From contig JAMNXU010000013.1 of the NCBI GenBank assembly GCA_023623175.1, forward strand, positions 3,933 through 67,932: DNA of 64,000 nt, read 5' to 3'. The notes below the pieces were generated by a model. The model saw only the letters and a program-made list of their open reading frames with translations, did not search any database and was not told where the DNA came from. Made by a program: the position numbers and the translations under genes. This DNA is from Bacillota bacterium. GTDB taxonomy: Bacteria; Bacillota; Clostridia; Acetivibrionales; JAMNXU01. This document shows positions 1-9,623 of the stretch, one piece after another; within the stretch, counting starts at the first letter, position 1; every line of letters starts with the position of its first letter.

Positions 1-1055
1 GCGTCATGACCTATTCCCTCCCACCATACATCGCCGTCATCGGTCAGTGCCACGTTGGTAAATATGGTGTTCTTGCTAATTGTTTCCATTGCATTGGGAT
101 TAGATTTATAGGATGTTCCCGGAGCGACGCCGAAGAATCCGGCCTCGGGATTAATGGCATACAGTCTGCCGTCAGCGCCGAACTTCATCCATGCGATATC
201 GTCGCCGATGGTTTCGACCTTCCAGCCGGGAATTGTGGGAACAAGCATTGCCAGGTTGGTTTTTCCGCATGCGCTCGGGAATGCGCCTGCCACGTACTTG
301 GTTTCGCCTTCGGGACTGGTTATGCGCAGGATGAGCATGTGTTCGGCGAGCCAGCCTTCATCACGCGCCAATACCGAAGCTATGCGCAGCGCAAAGCATT
401 TCTTGCCCAAAAGCGCATTTCCGCCGTAACCGGAACCGTAGGACCAGATTGTCCTTTCTTCCGGGAAGTGGCTTATATATTTCTTCTCCATTGGAGCGCA
501 CGGCCACGTGGAGTCTTTTTCTCCTTCCTTCAGCGGGGCCCCTACCGAATGCAGGCACGGTACGAAATCTCCATCATCGCCGAGAACCTCGAGCACCTTT
601 TTGCCTATGCGCGTCATAATGCGCATATTAACGACAACGTAGGGGCTGTCGGTAATCTGCACGCCGATCTTGGCAATGGGAGATCCGATCGGTCCCATTG
701 AGAAAGGAATAACGTACATTGTTCTTCCTTTCATGCATCCTGTATATAATTCAGTCATTGTCTTTTTAAGTTCAACGGGATCAATCCAGTTGTTTGTCGG
801 ACCTGCATCTTCCTGCTTCCTGGATGCAATGAACGTACGGTCCTCAACCCTGGCGACATCGGACGGATGGCTGCGGAAAAGGTAACATCCGGGGCGCTTT
901 TCAGGGTTTAAAGGCGTGGCCATTCCGGAAGCGACCATTTCATCCAGCAAACGCTGGTTTTCTTCTTCCGAGCCGTCGCACCAGTAAATCCTGTCTGGCT
1001 GGCACATTTCTGCAATTTGCTTAACCCAATCCTGCAATTTTTTATTGGATGTCAT
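1..1055 (-). CDS. pck: GTP-dependent phosphoenolpyruvate carboxykinase, N-terminal ~351 codons (3' end runs off the window start)
   Basis: Absent from the ORF track because it is open at the window edge. Minus-strand translation from the ATG at 1055-1053 gives [72 protein letters not shown], the canonical GTP-PEPCK N-terminus. A GGAG RBS lies upstream. Plus-strand ORFs 6..701 and 154..429 are antisense shadows. Confidence 0.9.
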   Translation of the reverse strand, partial: MTSNKKLQDWVKQIAEMCQPDRIYWCDGSEEENQRLLDEMVASGMATPLNPEKRPGCYLFRSHPSDVARVEDRTFIASRKQEDAGPTNNWIDPVELKKTMTELYTGCMKGRTMYVIPFSMGPIGSPIAKIGVQITDSPYVVVNMRIMTRIGKKVLEVLGDDGDFVPCLHSVGAPLKEGEKDSTWPCAPMEKKYISHFPEERTIWSYGSGYGGNALLGKKCFALRIASVLARDEGWLAEHMLILRITSPEGETKYVAGAFPSACGKTNLAMLVPTIPGWKVETIGDDIAWMKFGADGRLYAINPEAGFFGVAPGTSYKSNPNAMETISKNTIFTNVALTDDGDVWWEGIGHD

Positions 1056-1276
1056 AGTACTACTCCTCTCTAAAAAATAATTATTGCTATGTAAAATGTT
1101 TGTATCCTACCCCATTAAATTCATCCGGGCGGCTCTACGGGTTGTCATGACCGCTGTATGTCTTCGCCGCCATAATAACTTTTAGCATAATATATCACAA
1201 CGGGAATTATAATTCAACACCTTTGATAAAATATTATCAATATTATTATGAAAGTCCGGCAAAAAAATGTTGCAAA

Positions 1277-2107
1277 TCAGTCAATTTTAAAAATTTCGTT
1301 CAATTCTTCCCTTGATATTTGCGCGCCGTATTCGCAGAGCTGAAAAGCCTCGGCGCTGCGAATGCCGCTTCCCTTTTCGGCTCCATACCTGCTAATCAGC
1401 AAATCCCTGTATTTATCGGCCACTTTCGCTCCGCGCGCCTCAAGCTTTTTACGAAGCCAGCAAAATCTCTCTTCGTCTCCCCCGGGCACGGTGTCCAGCT
1501 CCCCGGCCACCCACGGAAGCCATTCAAAGAACTGGGATTTATGGCATGATGCCATTTTTGTCTTGACGTCCAATACATCGTCGATGTTTATTACAATGTC
1601 AGGTCTGAATTCCACGGGATCCCTGAAACCGTCGTACAGGTACATTATAACCGGCTGGCGCCTCATGGCCGGCACGTGGGGACAAATATTCGGCACCATA
1701 ACAAGGTAAGAGCTGTCCTGCACCAATATGCCGGTTCTTCGATGGTCGGGATGGTAATCGTGAGGCCTGTGGGTGAATATAATGTCGGGATTAAATCCGC
1801 GTATTATGGCAATCAGCTTCTCCCTCGTGGCAATATCCGTATCGAGCCTCCCGTCATCGGAATCCATCACCTCATATTCCACTCCGGCAACAAGTCCTGC
1901 CTGCCTTGCCTCTTCAGCCCTTACGCGCGCCAGTTCTCCGCCCCCGAGCCTGAAATGGCCGGCATTCCCGTTTGTTGCCGATACAAACTTAACTACATGC
2001 CCCTTGTTTCGAAATTTGACCGCCGTTCCTCCCGCCAGGAGGTCGCAGTCATCGGGATGGGCTCCAATCACGAGCAGCCTCAGCTGCCTGTTCCGGCCGC
2101 CGCACAT
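1277..2107 (-). CDS. PIG-L/LmbE family deacetylase
   Basis: 276 aa. Has the LLVIGAHPDDCDL motif and a downstream HPDH-type motif typical of LmbE/PIG-L zinc deacetylases. AAGGAG RBS upstream. Confidence 0.75.
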   Translation of the reverse strand: MCGGRNRQLRLLVIGAHPDDCDLLAGGTAVKFRNKGHVVKFVSATNGNAGHFRLGGGELARVRAEEARQAGLVAGVEYEVMDSDDGRLDTDIATREKLIAIIRGFNPDIIFTHRPHDYHPDHRRTGILVQDSSYLVMVPNICPHVPAMRRQPVIMYLYDGFRDPVEFRPDIVINIDDVLDVKTKMASCHKSQFFEWLPWVAGELDTVPGGDEERFCWLRKKLEARGAKVADKYRDLLISRYGAEKGSGIRSAEAFQLCEYGAQISREELNEIFKID

Positions 2108-2388
2108 AAAATCACCGCTCCTTAAATGGAATTACCTGGAAAGAAATTGCCGCTCATTACCCTTACAGAAGAAATCGGCGGGTTGGCCCCGCCTGCGCTT
2201 CAACACATTAATATATTAATACCACATATTATTTAATTTATATCATTTTTTAAATTTTAAAAGCAATAACCCGGAACCGGGTACATAACCACCGGATCCC
2301 GGGTCCTCGCTTAAAATTCCTCAATCATTGCATTGTCAAGTTCCTGTATTATACCGGACTTATTCCTGTAATGCAGACCTCACTCCTG

Positions 2389-3495
2389 CTAAACTGCCAG
2401 GGCGGCCTTGACTTCCCTGATCTGATCGACAATTTTGAGCTTCTGCGGGCATTTTTCCTCGCAAAGGCCGCATTCTTTGCATTTTGCCAGTTCCTGCCGG
2501 GGAGTCTGCCTGTGAACATACTTGGAGTACAGCCAGTTCTCCAGGTTTTCACTTCTGACCCCGTAAATCGTGTAATCCCTCATTGCCTGCATGAAGTGCG
2601 ACGGATCAAAGCCGTTGGGACACACGCGGCAATACCCGCAGCCGGTACAGAAATTGCCCTTGGTGTACTGAACCTCAGCCATCTTCGCGCCCAGCTCGAT
2701 CCTGTACGCTTCATCAAGATCTTCTGCTCCTTCAAGGGCTTTCATGTTTTCCTCGAGATGTTCAATGTCGGTCAATCCCAGCAGGCAAGTGGTAATACCC
2801 CTGTTGGCAACAAGGAACCTCAGCGCTCCGTAGCAGCTTCCGCAGCCGGGGCCCTTCAGAAATTCAAATTCCTTGCCGTCGGCCATGGCAAGGACGCCGC
2901 CGGCAAGCGGGTTCATGACAAACAGACCCACGCCTTTCTGATGGGCGTAATCAATAAGATTTTCCTGTTTCCGCGACATAATGTTGTATGAAATCGTGGC
3001 GCACAAAAACTCGCCGCTGTCCACCGCAGCCTTAAACACCTCATCGGGGCCGTGGAACGTAAAACCGGGGCCATACCTGACAAGGCCTTCATCCATAGCT
3101 TTACGTATGCCTTCCACCGTACCGCCCTTTGCAAGCGCTTTTTTCAGCGTCTCCATATTGCCGAGACCCCAAAGCTGGTAGAAATCAAAATATTCAAGGC
3201 CGGTTTCCCTGAGCTGCTTTTCTATTGTATGGCGGACCTTGGATTCATCGGGAGCGTCAGCCCAGTTGGACTTGTTTGAAAAGTAAATCTCCGATCTTCT
3301 GTGCTTTATTGCGTTGGCTGTCCAAACCTGGCTCTTTCCGCCGACATAGCCGGATGAAGTGTCCACATAATTCATTCCCAGGTCCATTCCGCGGTTCATT
3401 ATTTCATAGCAGCTTTCCTCAGACCTCCACCTCATTGCTCCGAAGGAAAAAACAGAAATTTTCAATCCGGTTTTCCCCAGCTCTCTGTATATCAT
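2389..3495 (-). CDS. Aldo/keto reductase with C-terminal 4Fe-4S ferredoxin-type domain
   Basis: N-terminus MIYRELGKTGLKISVFSFGAMR is the typical AKR start. The C-terminus carries CTGCGYCRVCP and CKECGLCEEKCP cluster motifs. Start moved to the ATG at 3495 (GAGGAGGGG RBS 5 nt upstream) rather than the ORF-track start at 3522. Confidence 0.75.
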   Translation of the reverse strand: MIYRELGKTGLKISVFSFGAMRWRSEESCYEIMNRGMDLGMNYVDTSSGYVGGKSQVWTANAIKHRRSEIYFSNKSNWADAPDESKVRHTIEKQLRETGLEYFDFYQLWGLGNMETLKKALAKGGTVEGIRKAMDEGLVRYGPGFTFHGPDEVFKAAVDSGEFLCATISYNIMSRKQENLIDYAHQKGVGLFVMNPLAGGVLAMADGKEFEFLKGPGCGSCYGALRFLVANRGITTCLLGLTDIEHLEENMKALEGAEDLDEAYRIELGAKMAEVQYTKGNFCTGCGYCRVCPNGFDPSHFMQAMRDYTIYGVRSENLENWLYSKYVHRQTPRQELAKCKECGLCEEKCPQKLKIVDQIREVKAALAV

Positions 3496-3572
3496 TCCGA
3501 CCCCTCCTCTGCTTTTCTCCATATATGTTACATTAAGCCCGCCGGCACTGTCAAATCCACATCACGGTACCC

Positions 3573-3629
3573 GGGACAGGGGAACCGTCCCCTTGTCCCA
3601 GCCCTTGTCCCATTCGGGGGAACCGTCCC
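3573..3629. repeat. GGGACA..TGTCCC 27-nt palindromic repeat: one full unit plus a fragmentary second copy
   Basis: gggacaggggaaccgtccccttgtccc at 3573-3599, then cccttgtccc / gggggaaccgtccc fragments. Fills the 115-bp spacer immediately after the RND gene stop codon (3638). Confidence 0.85.
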
Positions 3630-3637
3630 ATTTTGTG

Positions 3638-6600
3638 TTACGCCTTCGCGGCTTTTTTGCGATAGAAGATGGCGTACAATACGGGTACGAGCAGCAACGT
3701 CAGGAACGTTGCATAGAGCAGCCCGGCTATGGTGGTAATGGCCATCGGCTGCACAAGCTCCGTGCCTTCGCCGGCGCCGAACGATGTGGTTATGAGCGCG
3801 AAGATCGTGGTCAGGGCCGTCATCAGGATAGGCCTGATACGGTCATTTCCCGTTTTTACAAGGGCTTCCTCCATGCTCATTCCTTCTTCCCTCATCTTGT
3901 TGGCATAATCCACGAAAACTATGCCGTTATTGACAACGACCCCCGCAAGAACTATCAATCCGACAAAGGCAACTATTCCAAGCGGCATTCCTGTAATTAT
4001 CAATCCAAGGAACCCGCCCGTAAAGGCCAGCGGTATCGTAAACATAACGATGAAGGGCGAAAGCAGCGACTGGAACTGGGCTACCATTATCAGGTAGACA
4101 AAGGCCACAGCCATGGCAAGCATAAGGCCAAGGTCGCTGAACGACTCCTCGATCATTTCATTTTCTCCGCTCATCGTTACCGAATACCCTTCGGGAACTT
4201 CGTAACTGTCAAGCTTCTCTTTAATTTCATTGCTGACAATACCTATGTTGTAACCCTCTTTAAGTCCGGCTCTTACGGAAACATATCTCTGCTGGTTCGT
4301 CCTGGAGATGGACGCAAAACCTTCTGCTTCCTTTATTGAAGCAATATTCTTCAGTTTCACCTTCGTCCCCTGGGCGTTTTCAATTTCCAGCTCCATGATG
4401 TCACTGCGCCTGTATTCCCTGGTATCGCCCGCATCTCTTACAAAGATATCATAGTCCCCGCCGTCCGTTGAAAGCGTCGTGACCGCAGATTCATCGGCCA
4501 GCAGCTTGTTAATCTCCATGTAAACCTGCGCAACCGTCAGTCCTGCCGCAATGCTTTTCTCCTTGTCGACCACGATCCTTATTTCCGGAGCGGTCTCCTC
4601 AATGCCTTCGGAAACCTCCGTCGTTCCGTCGACAGACGCAACAATTTTCGATACGTCCTTTGCAATTTTTTCAAGGGTATCAAACTCCCTGCCGCGGATT
4701 TCAACAACTATCCTTCCTCCGCTGAGCGCTGACAGGTCCATGCCGGCGCTGCTGACCGAGATTTCATAATCAGTGCTATCGGTTTTCTTCCTTATAAGCT
4801 CCGCCACTTCGTCGGTGGTCCTGGTCCTGTCCTTCTTAAGCCTCAGGTAGAACGATACGGAGTTTCCCGAACCTCCGGACCTCATTCCTCCGATGGCGCC
4901 GGCTCCGAACATTCCCCCGCCCATGGAAGCGCCTACCGTTTCTACCTCATCAATATCCATGAGGATGTTCATTATTTTATCCGCTGCATCGGCAGTTTCC
5001 TTGAATCCGGTACCCTGGGGCATCGTCAGGGACATCGTAACCTGTCCCGAATCAACCGGAGGGAACAGTTCCGTTCCCATCATTGCAATACCCGCAATGC
5101 TTCCTGCAAACAACGCAATTACGATCAGTATAACAACCCACTTATGCCTTAGAGAAAAGCGCAGAGTCCTGATATATCCCCTCTTCATTCTTTCAAAGAA
5201 GCGGTGCTCCTTTTTGGTTTCCCTGGCAAGAATCTTTGACGCTGCCATCGGAACCAGCGTTAACGCGATCAAAAGGCTTGCCAGCAGGGAAAAGGCAATC
5301 GTAAGACCCATGTCGGTGAAAATCTGCCTCGTAAAGCCCTCGGTAAAGACTATCGGGAGGAAGACCGCAATTGTTGTCAGGGTCGATGAAGTAATGGCCG
5401 CGGCCACCTGTTTCGTTCCCTCAATGGCTGCTTCAGTGGCGCTTTTCCCTTCATTTCTCATCCTGTAGATATTCTCTATAACCACAATGGAGTTGTCCAC
5501 GAGCATACCTACACCCAGAGCCAGGCCGCCCATGGAAATAATATTGAGCGTTATCTTTCCGAAATACATCATTACAAAAGCAGTAACAAGGCTTATGGGA
5601 ATCGCAAGTCCGATAACTATCATAGGCTTGACATCGCGCAGGAACAGTATCAGGATAAGTATCGCGAGCAAACCGCCGATGATTATGTTTTTTATGACTG
5701 AATCAATAACAATATCCACATATTCGCCCTGGTCCATGAGGGAAGCGATTTCCACGTCCGGGTTTTTGCCCATTATCTCATCAATCTTTTTTCTTACGCT
5801 TCTTGCCACGTCGGCCGTGTTGTAACCGGTCTGCTTCTGTATCGTAAGTGTAATAGCGTCATTTCCGTTGACTTTTGAATACATGTTGCCCGTATCGGCA
5901 AACAGTTCCACATCGGCCACGTCCTGCAAAACAACGGGATCCATTCCCGGAACGGGCAGCTTTAAAATCGGCAGGGATTTGAGTTCTTCGAGATCCCTGA
6001 TTTTATCTCCCGTTCTTATTAAGTAGTCAACCTCGCCTTCGCTGATGTAACCGGCCGGCATGCTGAAATTCTGGCCTTTAAGTATGCCGGAAATCATATC
6101 CTTTGTAACTTTTATCTCAGGTATCTGCGCAGCCGGAACCCGGGACATCGAACCTGCCTGGGCAGCTGAACCTGCCTGCGATGCCTGGCCCGCCTGTGCT
6201 GCCATATCCGCTCCCGCCGGGACATTTCCTGCCGGAAGGCCCTGGGCTGCCGCCATTTGCGCCATAAGCGCCTGTTTTATCTTCTGGTTGACTTCATTTA
6301 TTTTCTTTTCGTTCAAAGTTACTATCACCTGGTTATCCACGAGCCCCGACGCAGAAACAGCCGCAACACCTTCCACGCTCTCCAGTTCGGGGATGATGCT
6401 CTTTTCAAGGAAGTCTGAAGACTTACTTATTTCCTGCCCCTTTACCGCGGCGGAAAGCACCATTATCGGCATCATATCAGGATTTATCTTCATAATTATC
6501 GGTGAACCTGCCTGTTCAGGCAGCATGGATTCTATCATGTCGAGGCTTTCCCTCATCTCAATTACCGCCGAGTCCATGTTTGTGTTTCCGCTGAACTCAA

Positions 6601-6874
6601 GAATTACCAGGGACATGTGTTCCCTGGAAATTGAACGCACTTCCTTTATGTTGCTGATGGAAGCCATCGTCTGCTCTATAGGCCTTGTAACGGCCATCTC
6701 GACCTGTTCCGGGCTTGCGCCTGGATAGGAAGTGACTATCACCGTATAGGGAAGATTAATGCTGGGAAGCAAATCCGTTGACATGTTCATGAAAGAAACT
6801 ACGCCGAGAATTATTATTAAAATTACTGCAACTACTACTGTATAGGGTTTTCTGACACTGAAATCGGCTAACAT
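3638..6874 (-). CDS. RND-superfamily efflux transporter permease (AcrB/SwrC-like)
   Basis: 1078 aa with 12-TM architecture and two large extracytoplasmic loops. AcrB-family motifs include GGLALGVGMLVDNSIVVIENI. AAGGAG RBS. No membrane-fusion or outer-membrane partner gene is adjacent. Confidence 0.85.
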   Translation of the reverse strand: MLADFSVRKPYTVVVAVILIIILGVVSFMNMSTDLLPSINLPYTVIVTSYPGASPEQVEMAVTRPIEQTMASISNIKEVRSISREHMSLVILEFSGNTNMDSAVIEMRESLDMIESMLPEQAGSPIIMKINPDMMPIMVLSAAVKGQEISKSSDFLEKSIIPELESVEGVAAVSASGLVDNQVIVTLNEKKINEVNQKIKQALMAQMAAAQGLPAGNVPAGADMAAQAGQASQAGSAAQAGSMSRVPAAQIPEIKVTKDMISGILKGQNFSMPAGYISEGEVDYLIRTGDKIRDLEELKSLPILKLPVPGMDPVVLQDVADVELFADTGNMYSKVNGNDAITLTIQKQTGYNTADVARSVRKKIDEIMGKNPDVEIASLMDQGEYVDIVIDSVIKNIIIGGLLAILILILFLRDVKPMIVIGLAIPISLVTAFVMMYFGKITLNIISMGGLALGVGMLVDNSIVVIENIYRMRNEGKSATEAAIEGTKQVAAAITSSTLTTIAVFLPIVFTEGFTRQIFTDMGLTIAFSLLASLLIALTLVPMAASKILARETKKEHRFFERMKRGYIRTLRFSLRHKWVVILIVIALFAGSIAGIAMMGTELFPPVDSGQVTMSLTMPQGTGFKETADAADKIMNILMDIDEVETVGASMGGGMFGAGAIGGMRSGGSGNSVSFYLRLKKDRTRTTDEVAELIRKKTDSTDYEISVSSAGMDLSALSGGRIVVEIRGREFDTLEKIAKDVSKIVASVDGTTEVSEGIEETAPEIRIVVDKEKSIAAGLTVAQVYMEINKLLADESAVTTLSTDGGDYDIFVRDAGDTREYRRSDIMELEIENAQGTKVKLKNIASIKEAEGFASISRTNQQRYVSVRAGLKEGYNIGIVSNEIKEKLDSYEVPEGYSVTMSGENEMIEESFSDLGLMLAMAVAFVYLIMVAQFQSLLSPFIVMFTIPLAFTGGFLGLIITGMPLGIVAFVGLIVLAGVVVNNGIVFVDYANKMREEGMSMEEALVKTGNDRIRPILMTALTTIFALITTSFGAGEGTELVQPMAITTIAGLLYATFLTLLLVPVLYAIFYRKKAAKA

Positions 6875-6955
6875 GCTATCGCTCCTTTTGTGAAATTACT
6901 TTTCGCAAAATATCTTTTCGGAAAATATCTCTGACCTTCCGCCCGGCTGTTTCCC

Positions 6956-7588
6956 TCAGCGCAACTCCCTGCGCCATTCACGTTTTCCGGGCATGCCGGC
7001 TCCGTTTACAAACAAATCAATGAGTTTTTCCTTTTCCCGTTGCATCTGCTCATCGGAAAGTCCTTTCAACACCCCCCTCATACCGTATCTTAAAATCATG
7101 TCCAGAAGCATATCCGATGCGAACTCCACGTCAATATCCCCAATCACTCCTTCGATGCGGCCAATTTCCACAATGTTTGAGAGGAGCTCTGCAATCCTGC
7201 TCCTTTCATCGAGCAGAAAATCGATTACTCCCCTGATGCTTTCATCGGTCAGATTAATGTCACTGGGGTTAATCATCATTATTGACGCTGATTTGATATT
7301 CTCACGGACAATTTCCCAGTGGGTCTTTATGAAAATATCCAGCTTGTTTCTGAAACCTTCCTGTCCATTTATCCGTTCTTCCATCGTTTTTCGGTACAGA
7401 TCCGCCTTGTACTTCAGCGTTTCAATAAAAAGAGAGCTTTTGCTGTCAAAATATTCATAAACCGTTCCCTTGCCAATACCGGCCTCCTCGGCGATATCCG
7501 CCATATTGGCGAGATAAAAGCCCCTGGACCCGAATATTTTGGCAGCCGCGGCCAGTATGTCCTCCCTTTTAGTTTTTTCCCTTGCCAT
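6956..7588 (-). CDS. TetR/AcrR family transcriptional regulator
   Basis: The N-terminal HTH (ILAAAAKIFGSRGFYLANMADIAEEAGIGKGTVYEYFDSK) is a classic TetR_N. Lies directly upstream of the RND gene. Start set at MAREKT (GAGGTG RBS). Confidence 0.85.
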   Translation of the reverse strand: MAREKTKREDILAAAAKIFGSRGFYLANMADIAEEAGIGKGTVYEYFDSKSSLFIETLKYKADLYRKTMEERINGQEGFRNKLDIFIKTHWEIVRENIKSASIMMINPSDINLTDESIRGVIDFLLDERSRIAELLSNIVEIGRIEGVIGDIDVEFASDMLLDMILRYGMRGVLKGLSDEQMQREKEKLIDLFVNGAGMPGKREWRRELR

Positions 7589-8198
7589 CTCGACACCTCG
7601 GCACATTGTAACTATTTCCGTTCCCCGGAAATTATAACCGACCGGCCGGTCGGTCGCAATATGTTTTTAAAAAAATTCACTCTTTATTAACAAATATTCA
7701 TTTCGTCCGATCCTTATATTAAATTTTATTAACTTTTTTCTTATACAGTCGATTTTTACCAACCTATTCCTTATGTAAAAGAATTTTACCAGCCCATTCT
7801 TTGCACATGCTTTATTATTTCCATCTATTATACAAATTTTTATAATTATCCATCTTCTAATAATTATCTTTTTCATACCAATTCTAAAATCAATCTTTAC
7901 ATTGACTGACCCCGGAGGAAAAAAATATATACAAGTCTAAATTTTTATATACAAGCCTAAATTTACCAATATTGTCAGAACAATCATAAAGCAGCACTGA
8001 ACAGTGTTTGTAAAAGGCAAAACGCAGAACCCGGAATTAAGCATATTAAATTCTTAAATTTTAAATTCTTAAATTGATTGAATCAAATTATGAAATTGAG
8101 TAAATCACTGTAATTGACAAATATAAAGCCTGGATTGAATAAAATCAAAGTCCGGATAACCGGGCTTCGTACCGTTTATCAGCTGCCTTCCGCGCGTT

Positions 8199-9608
8199 CT
8201 ACCGCCTCGCACCGCGTTTTGCTGCTTCCAGCGCGCTGTACAGCTTGGTCGGATATTTGCCCGTGAAGCATGCAATGCACAGCTCGCTGCGGCGCGCCGC
8301 CCTATAAAGCGCGTCCGTCGATAAAAAATGCAGGCTGTCGGCCCCGATTATCTCGCGGATCTCTTCCGCGCTGTGCTGTTTCGAAATCAGCTCCTCGTAG
8401 GACGAAGTATCCACGCCGTAGAAACAGGGATCCGTCATCTGCGGCGACGCTATGCGCACGTGCACTTCTGCGGCGCCGGCTTCGCGGAGAAGGCGGACTA
8501 TGTACCTCGATGTAGTGCCCCTGACAATGGAGTCGTCAATCAAAACAACGCGTTTTCCCTTGACTATGGTGGAAACGGCCGACAGCTTCATCCTGACGCC
8601 TTTTTCCCTCAGTTCCTGGGAAGGCTGGATGAACGTCCTTCCCACATATTTATTCTTGATCAGTCCCATTTCGTACGGAATGCCCGAAGCCTCCGAGTAA
8701 CCGATGGCGGCGCTTATGCTGGAATCGGGGACGCCGATGACAATATCCGCATCGGCAGGGGCTTCCTTATAAAGCAGCCTGCCCGATTCCTTGCGGAAGG
8801 CGTGGACGTTGCAGCCCTCTATGTCGCTGTCGGGCCGCGCAAAATAAATATATTCCATCGCGCACATGTAATGATTCCTGTGGGCGGAATAGCTGTAGCT
8901 GTAAATACCCCCGGAATCTATTACCAGGACCTCTCCGGGCTCCACGTCACGGTAGAATTTCGCGCCGGTCACCTCGAATGCGCATGTCTCGCTGGATATT
9001 ACATAACCGTCGCCCAGTTTCCCGATGGACAGCGGGCGCAGTCCGTACCTGTCCCTGCAGCAGTATATCCTGTCCTTTGTCATAATAAGAAATGCAAAAG
9101 CCCCTTCGAGCTTGTTCAGCGCCTCCATTATTCCATGAACCTGTATGGGACCCGAGTGTTCTTTCTTTATCAGGTGTGCCAGGATTTCGGAGTCCGATGT
9201 GGATTGAAAAATGCTTCCGCACTCCTCGAGGTAAATCCTCATCTCATTGGCGTTTACAAGGTTGCCGTTGTGGACAAGCGCAAAATCCCCGGTGTGGTGA
9301 TGGAACAAAAAAGGCTGGATATTCTCTATACCTCCCCTCGCCGACGTGCTGTAACGCACATGGCCGATAGCCATGTTCCCCTCGAGGTATTTCAGGTTCT
9401 CGCTGTTGAATACCTCGGAAACAAGGCCCATGCCTTTTATACGGCGCATGATGCCGTCGGCGTCCACCGTGACAATGCCGGCTCCCTCCTGCCCGCGGTG
9501 CTGCAGGGCGTGGAGCCCGTAATACATCAGGTCCCTCGCATTTTCAATGCCAAACATCCCCAGGACTCCGCATTCTTCATGGAGTCCCCTGTCTAAAACC
9601 TGTTCCAT
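8199..9608 (-). CDS. purF: Amidophosphoribosyltransferase
   Basis: A propeptide is followed by the catalytic CGVLGMFG. PRTase motif VVLIDDSIVRGTT and C-terminal Fe-S cysteines are present. Start set at MEQVL (AAGGTGA RBS) instead of the upstream GTG that overlaps the purL stop. Confidence 0.95.
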   Translation of the reverse strand: MEQVLDRGLHEECGVLGMFGIENARDLMYYGLHALQHRGQEGAGIVTVDADGIMRRIKGMGLVSEVFNSENLKYLEGNMAIGHVRYSTSARGGIENIQPFLFHHHTGDFALVHNGNLVNANEMRIYLEECGSIFQSTSDSEILAHLIKKEHSGPIQVHGIMEALNKLEGAFAFLIMTKDRIYCCRDRYGLRPLSIGKLGDGYVISSETCAFEVTGAKFYRDVEPGEVLVIDSGGIYSYSYSAHRNHYMCAMEYIYFARPDSDIEGCNVHAFRKESGRLLYKEAPADADIVIGVPDSSISAAIGYSEASGIPYEMGLIKNKYVGRTFIQPSQELREKGVRMKLSAVSTIVKGKRVVLIDDSIVRGTTSRYIVRLLREAGAAEVHVRIASPQMTDPCFYGVDTSSYEELISKQHSAEEIREIIGADSLHFLSTDALYRAARRSELCIACFTGKYPTKLYSALEAAKRGARR

Positions 9609-9623
9609 ATTCTTCACCTTCAC

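Noticed and set aside
6-885. Plus-strand ORFs 6..701 (231 aa), 154..429 and 670..885
   Set aside because: They are antisense to a clear GTP-PEPCK coding sequence on the minus strand (open at the window edge, so missing from the track). Their translations are low-complexity with no family motifs.
7667-7876. 69 aa minus-strand ORF (MKKIIIRRWIIIKICII..) in the AT-rich region downstream of purF
   Set aside because: It has extreme I/K/R low complexity from AT-rich repeat DNA, no RBS and no homolog-like features.
8328-9596. 422 aa plus-strand ORF, plus similar long ORFs antisense to purL (for example 9720..10559)
   Set aside because: These are antisense shadows of highly conserved purF/purL genes. 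They have arginine/proline-rich composition and no RBS.
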